Made by a program: the position numbers and the translations under genes. Below the pieces are notes generated by a model. That model did not search any database and was not told the origin of the DNA. It was given only the letters and a program-made list of their open reading frames with translations. A stretch of DNA of 64,000 bases from Coraliomargarita sp. GTDB taxonomy: Bacteria > Verrucomicrobiota > Verrucomicrobiia > Opitutales > Coraliomargaritaceae. The stretch covers positions 1,888,001-1,952,000 of the forward strand of contig OZ244160.1 in the NCBI GenBank assembly GCA_965216325.1, written 5' to 3'. This document shows, one piece after another, positions 62,469 to 64,000 of the stretch (position 1 is the first letter of the stretch; each line of letters opens with the position of its first letter).

Positions 62469-63503
62469 ATGAAAAAGAATCTATTCATCTTTCGCATCTT
62501 CTTCATGGTGGTCAGCCTATTGGGGTGCTGGATGATCTGGTATGCGAGTGCGGGTAGCTTGCAGTTATTGCCCGTTTTGGTGATCGGTATGGGGATTGCG
62601 TCTTTGGTGATTCTGACTGATTTACTGCTGCAGGGGTTTTCGCTGCGCGGCTTATCCGCGCTGACGTTCGGTTTGGCTGTGGGGGCTTTGATCGCTTGGT
62701 TGATCGGAAACTCGCCTCTGTTTGAGCCCTTGGAGGAGTCTGAGGAATTTGCAGGCACCCTGTATCTGGTGCGACTTTCGCTTTATATTGTCTGTATGTA
62801 TCTCGCCACGGTTATCGCGATGCGTGGTAAGGATGAATTTAATTTGGTCATTCCCTATGTTCGTTTTAGTGCAGAGAGCGTCGATGCGCAGGTGGTTGTG
62901 GTCGATACCAGTGCGTTGATTGATGGGCGCATTGCTGCGATTTGTGAAAGTCGCTGGGTGGGCTATGCGCTGGTGATTCCGCGTTTTGTTTTGACCGAGT
63001 TGCAGCGCATTGCGGATTCGTCGGATCCGACTCGCAAGGAAAAGGGGCGCCGCGGCTTAGAGGTGCTCGCTCGCTTGAGACAGATGCAGCATGTGGATAT
63101 ACGCATTCATGAGAGTGACGTGCCTTCCGCGGAGGCGGTTGATGCGAAGTTGGTATTTTTGGCGGTGTCGATGAAAGCGAGGCTGCTCACACTGGATTAC
63201 AATCTCGCGAAAATGGCTGAGTTTCATGGGGTCGAGTGGCTGAATATCGCATTGTTGGTGAAGGCTTTGAATAAAGAAATCTCGGTGGGCTCGCGCGTCA
63301 TGATACAGTTGGTCCGGCAGGGCAAAGATGCCGGGCAGGCGGTTGGTTATTTGCCCGACGGCTCGATGATTGTGGTCAATAATGGAGCTTCTCAGGTGGG
63401 TAAGGAAGTTCGCGTTGAAGTGGACTCTGTTGTGCCATCTGCCGGGGGGAAAATGGTTTTCGCGACCTATGCGCCCTCTGCTGGCCCGGTGGGGCAAAAG
63501 TAG
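62469..63503 (+). CDS. Membrane PIN/TRAM domain protein (YacL-like)
   Basis: Four TM segments, VDTSALIDGR, ELQRIADS, GRRGL and GYLPDGSMIVV. Confidence 0.9.
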   Translation: MKKNLFIFRIFFMVVSLLGCWMIWYASAGSLQLLPVLVIGMGIASLVILTDLLLQGFSLRGLSALTFGLAVGALIAWLIGNSPLFEPLEESEEFAGTLYLVRLSLYIVCMYLATVIAMRGKDEFNLVIPYVRFSAESVDAQVVVVDTSALIDGRIAAICESRWVGYALVIPRFVLTELQRIADSSDPTRKEKGRRGLEVLARLRQMQHVDIRIHESDVPSAEAVDAKLVFLAVSMKARLLTLDYNLAKMAEFHGVEWLNIALLVKALNKEISVGSRVMIQLVRQGKDAGQAVGYLPDGSMIVVNNGASQVGKEVRVEVDSVVPSAGGKMVFATYAPSAGPVGQK

Positions 63504-63646
63504 GCAAATGTAAGCCCTTTGTAAAACGGCATAGGGAGCGTTTATGTGCTTGAAGTAATGCCCTCGTTTTGTATGTCTTTTTATAGCTAGGGGAAGCTTC
63601 CCGTGGCAATTATATATAATACAATAATAAAACTAAGGAGTATCAT

Positions 63647-63997
<351 letters not shown>

Positions 63998-64000
63998 TAT

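Noticed and set aside
63591..63602. Palindrome GGGAAGCTTCCC upstream of the pilin
   Set aside because: A single 12-bp palindrome with no second copy or recognised motif; too weak to call.

Overview
A gene-dense bacterial chromosome segment. Gene content points to an Opitutae/Puniceicoccales-like member of the Verrucomicrobiota (inference). In order it holds: the 5' part of metH; a delta-60-repeat secreted protein; a small Cys-repeat secreted protein; rsmG; a sigma54-type urea locus (porin, urtABCDE, ureABC, ureEFGD, NikM/CbiM-like); def, SOUL and NUDIX genes; a five-gene pilus/secretin cluster resembling Akkermansia Amuc_1102-1098; a 4570-aa secreted metzincin/PPC-repeat protein; phasin-like, four-helix-bundle and ABC1 kinase genes; FIST plus two histidine kinases; a sugar-binding protein; a metal-type outer-membrane protein preceded by a CxxC/PPPR leader gene; NrdR-boxed nrdDG; tyrA-aroA-cmk-plsC-(GxxExxY)-purM; FGE-domain, PIN/TRAM and type IV pilin genes. 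Most interesting: (1) two unrelated small genes (GxxExxY, four-helix bundle) each sit inside an operon bracketed by inverted arms built of short tandem repeats, and gene-less arm pairs occur elsewhere; (2) two unrelated secreted proteins share a C-terminal domain that may be a sorting signal, one of them next to the secretin cluster; (3) a candidate metal-sensing arrest leader; (4) a triple-cassette Cys peptide; (5) a REP-like palindrome read in frame within cmk. No rRNA, tRNA, CRISPR array or transposase was recognised. All calls come from reading motifs by eye; no searches were run.
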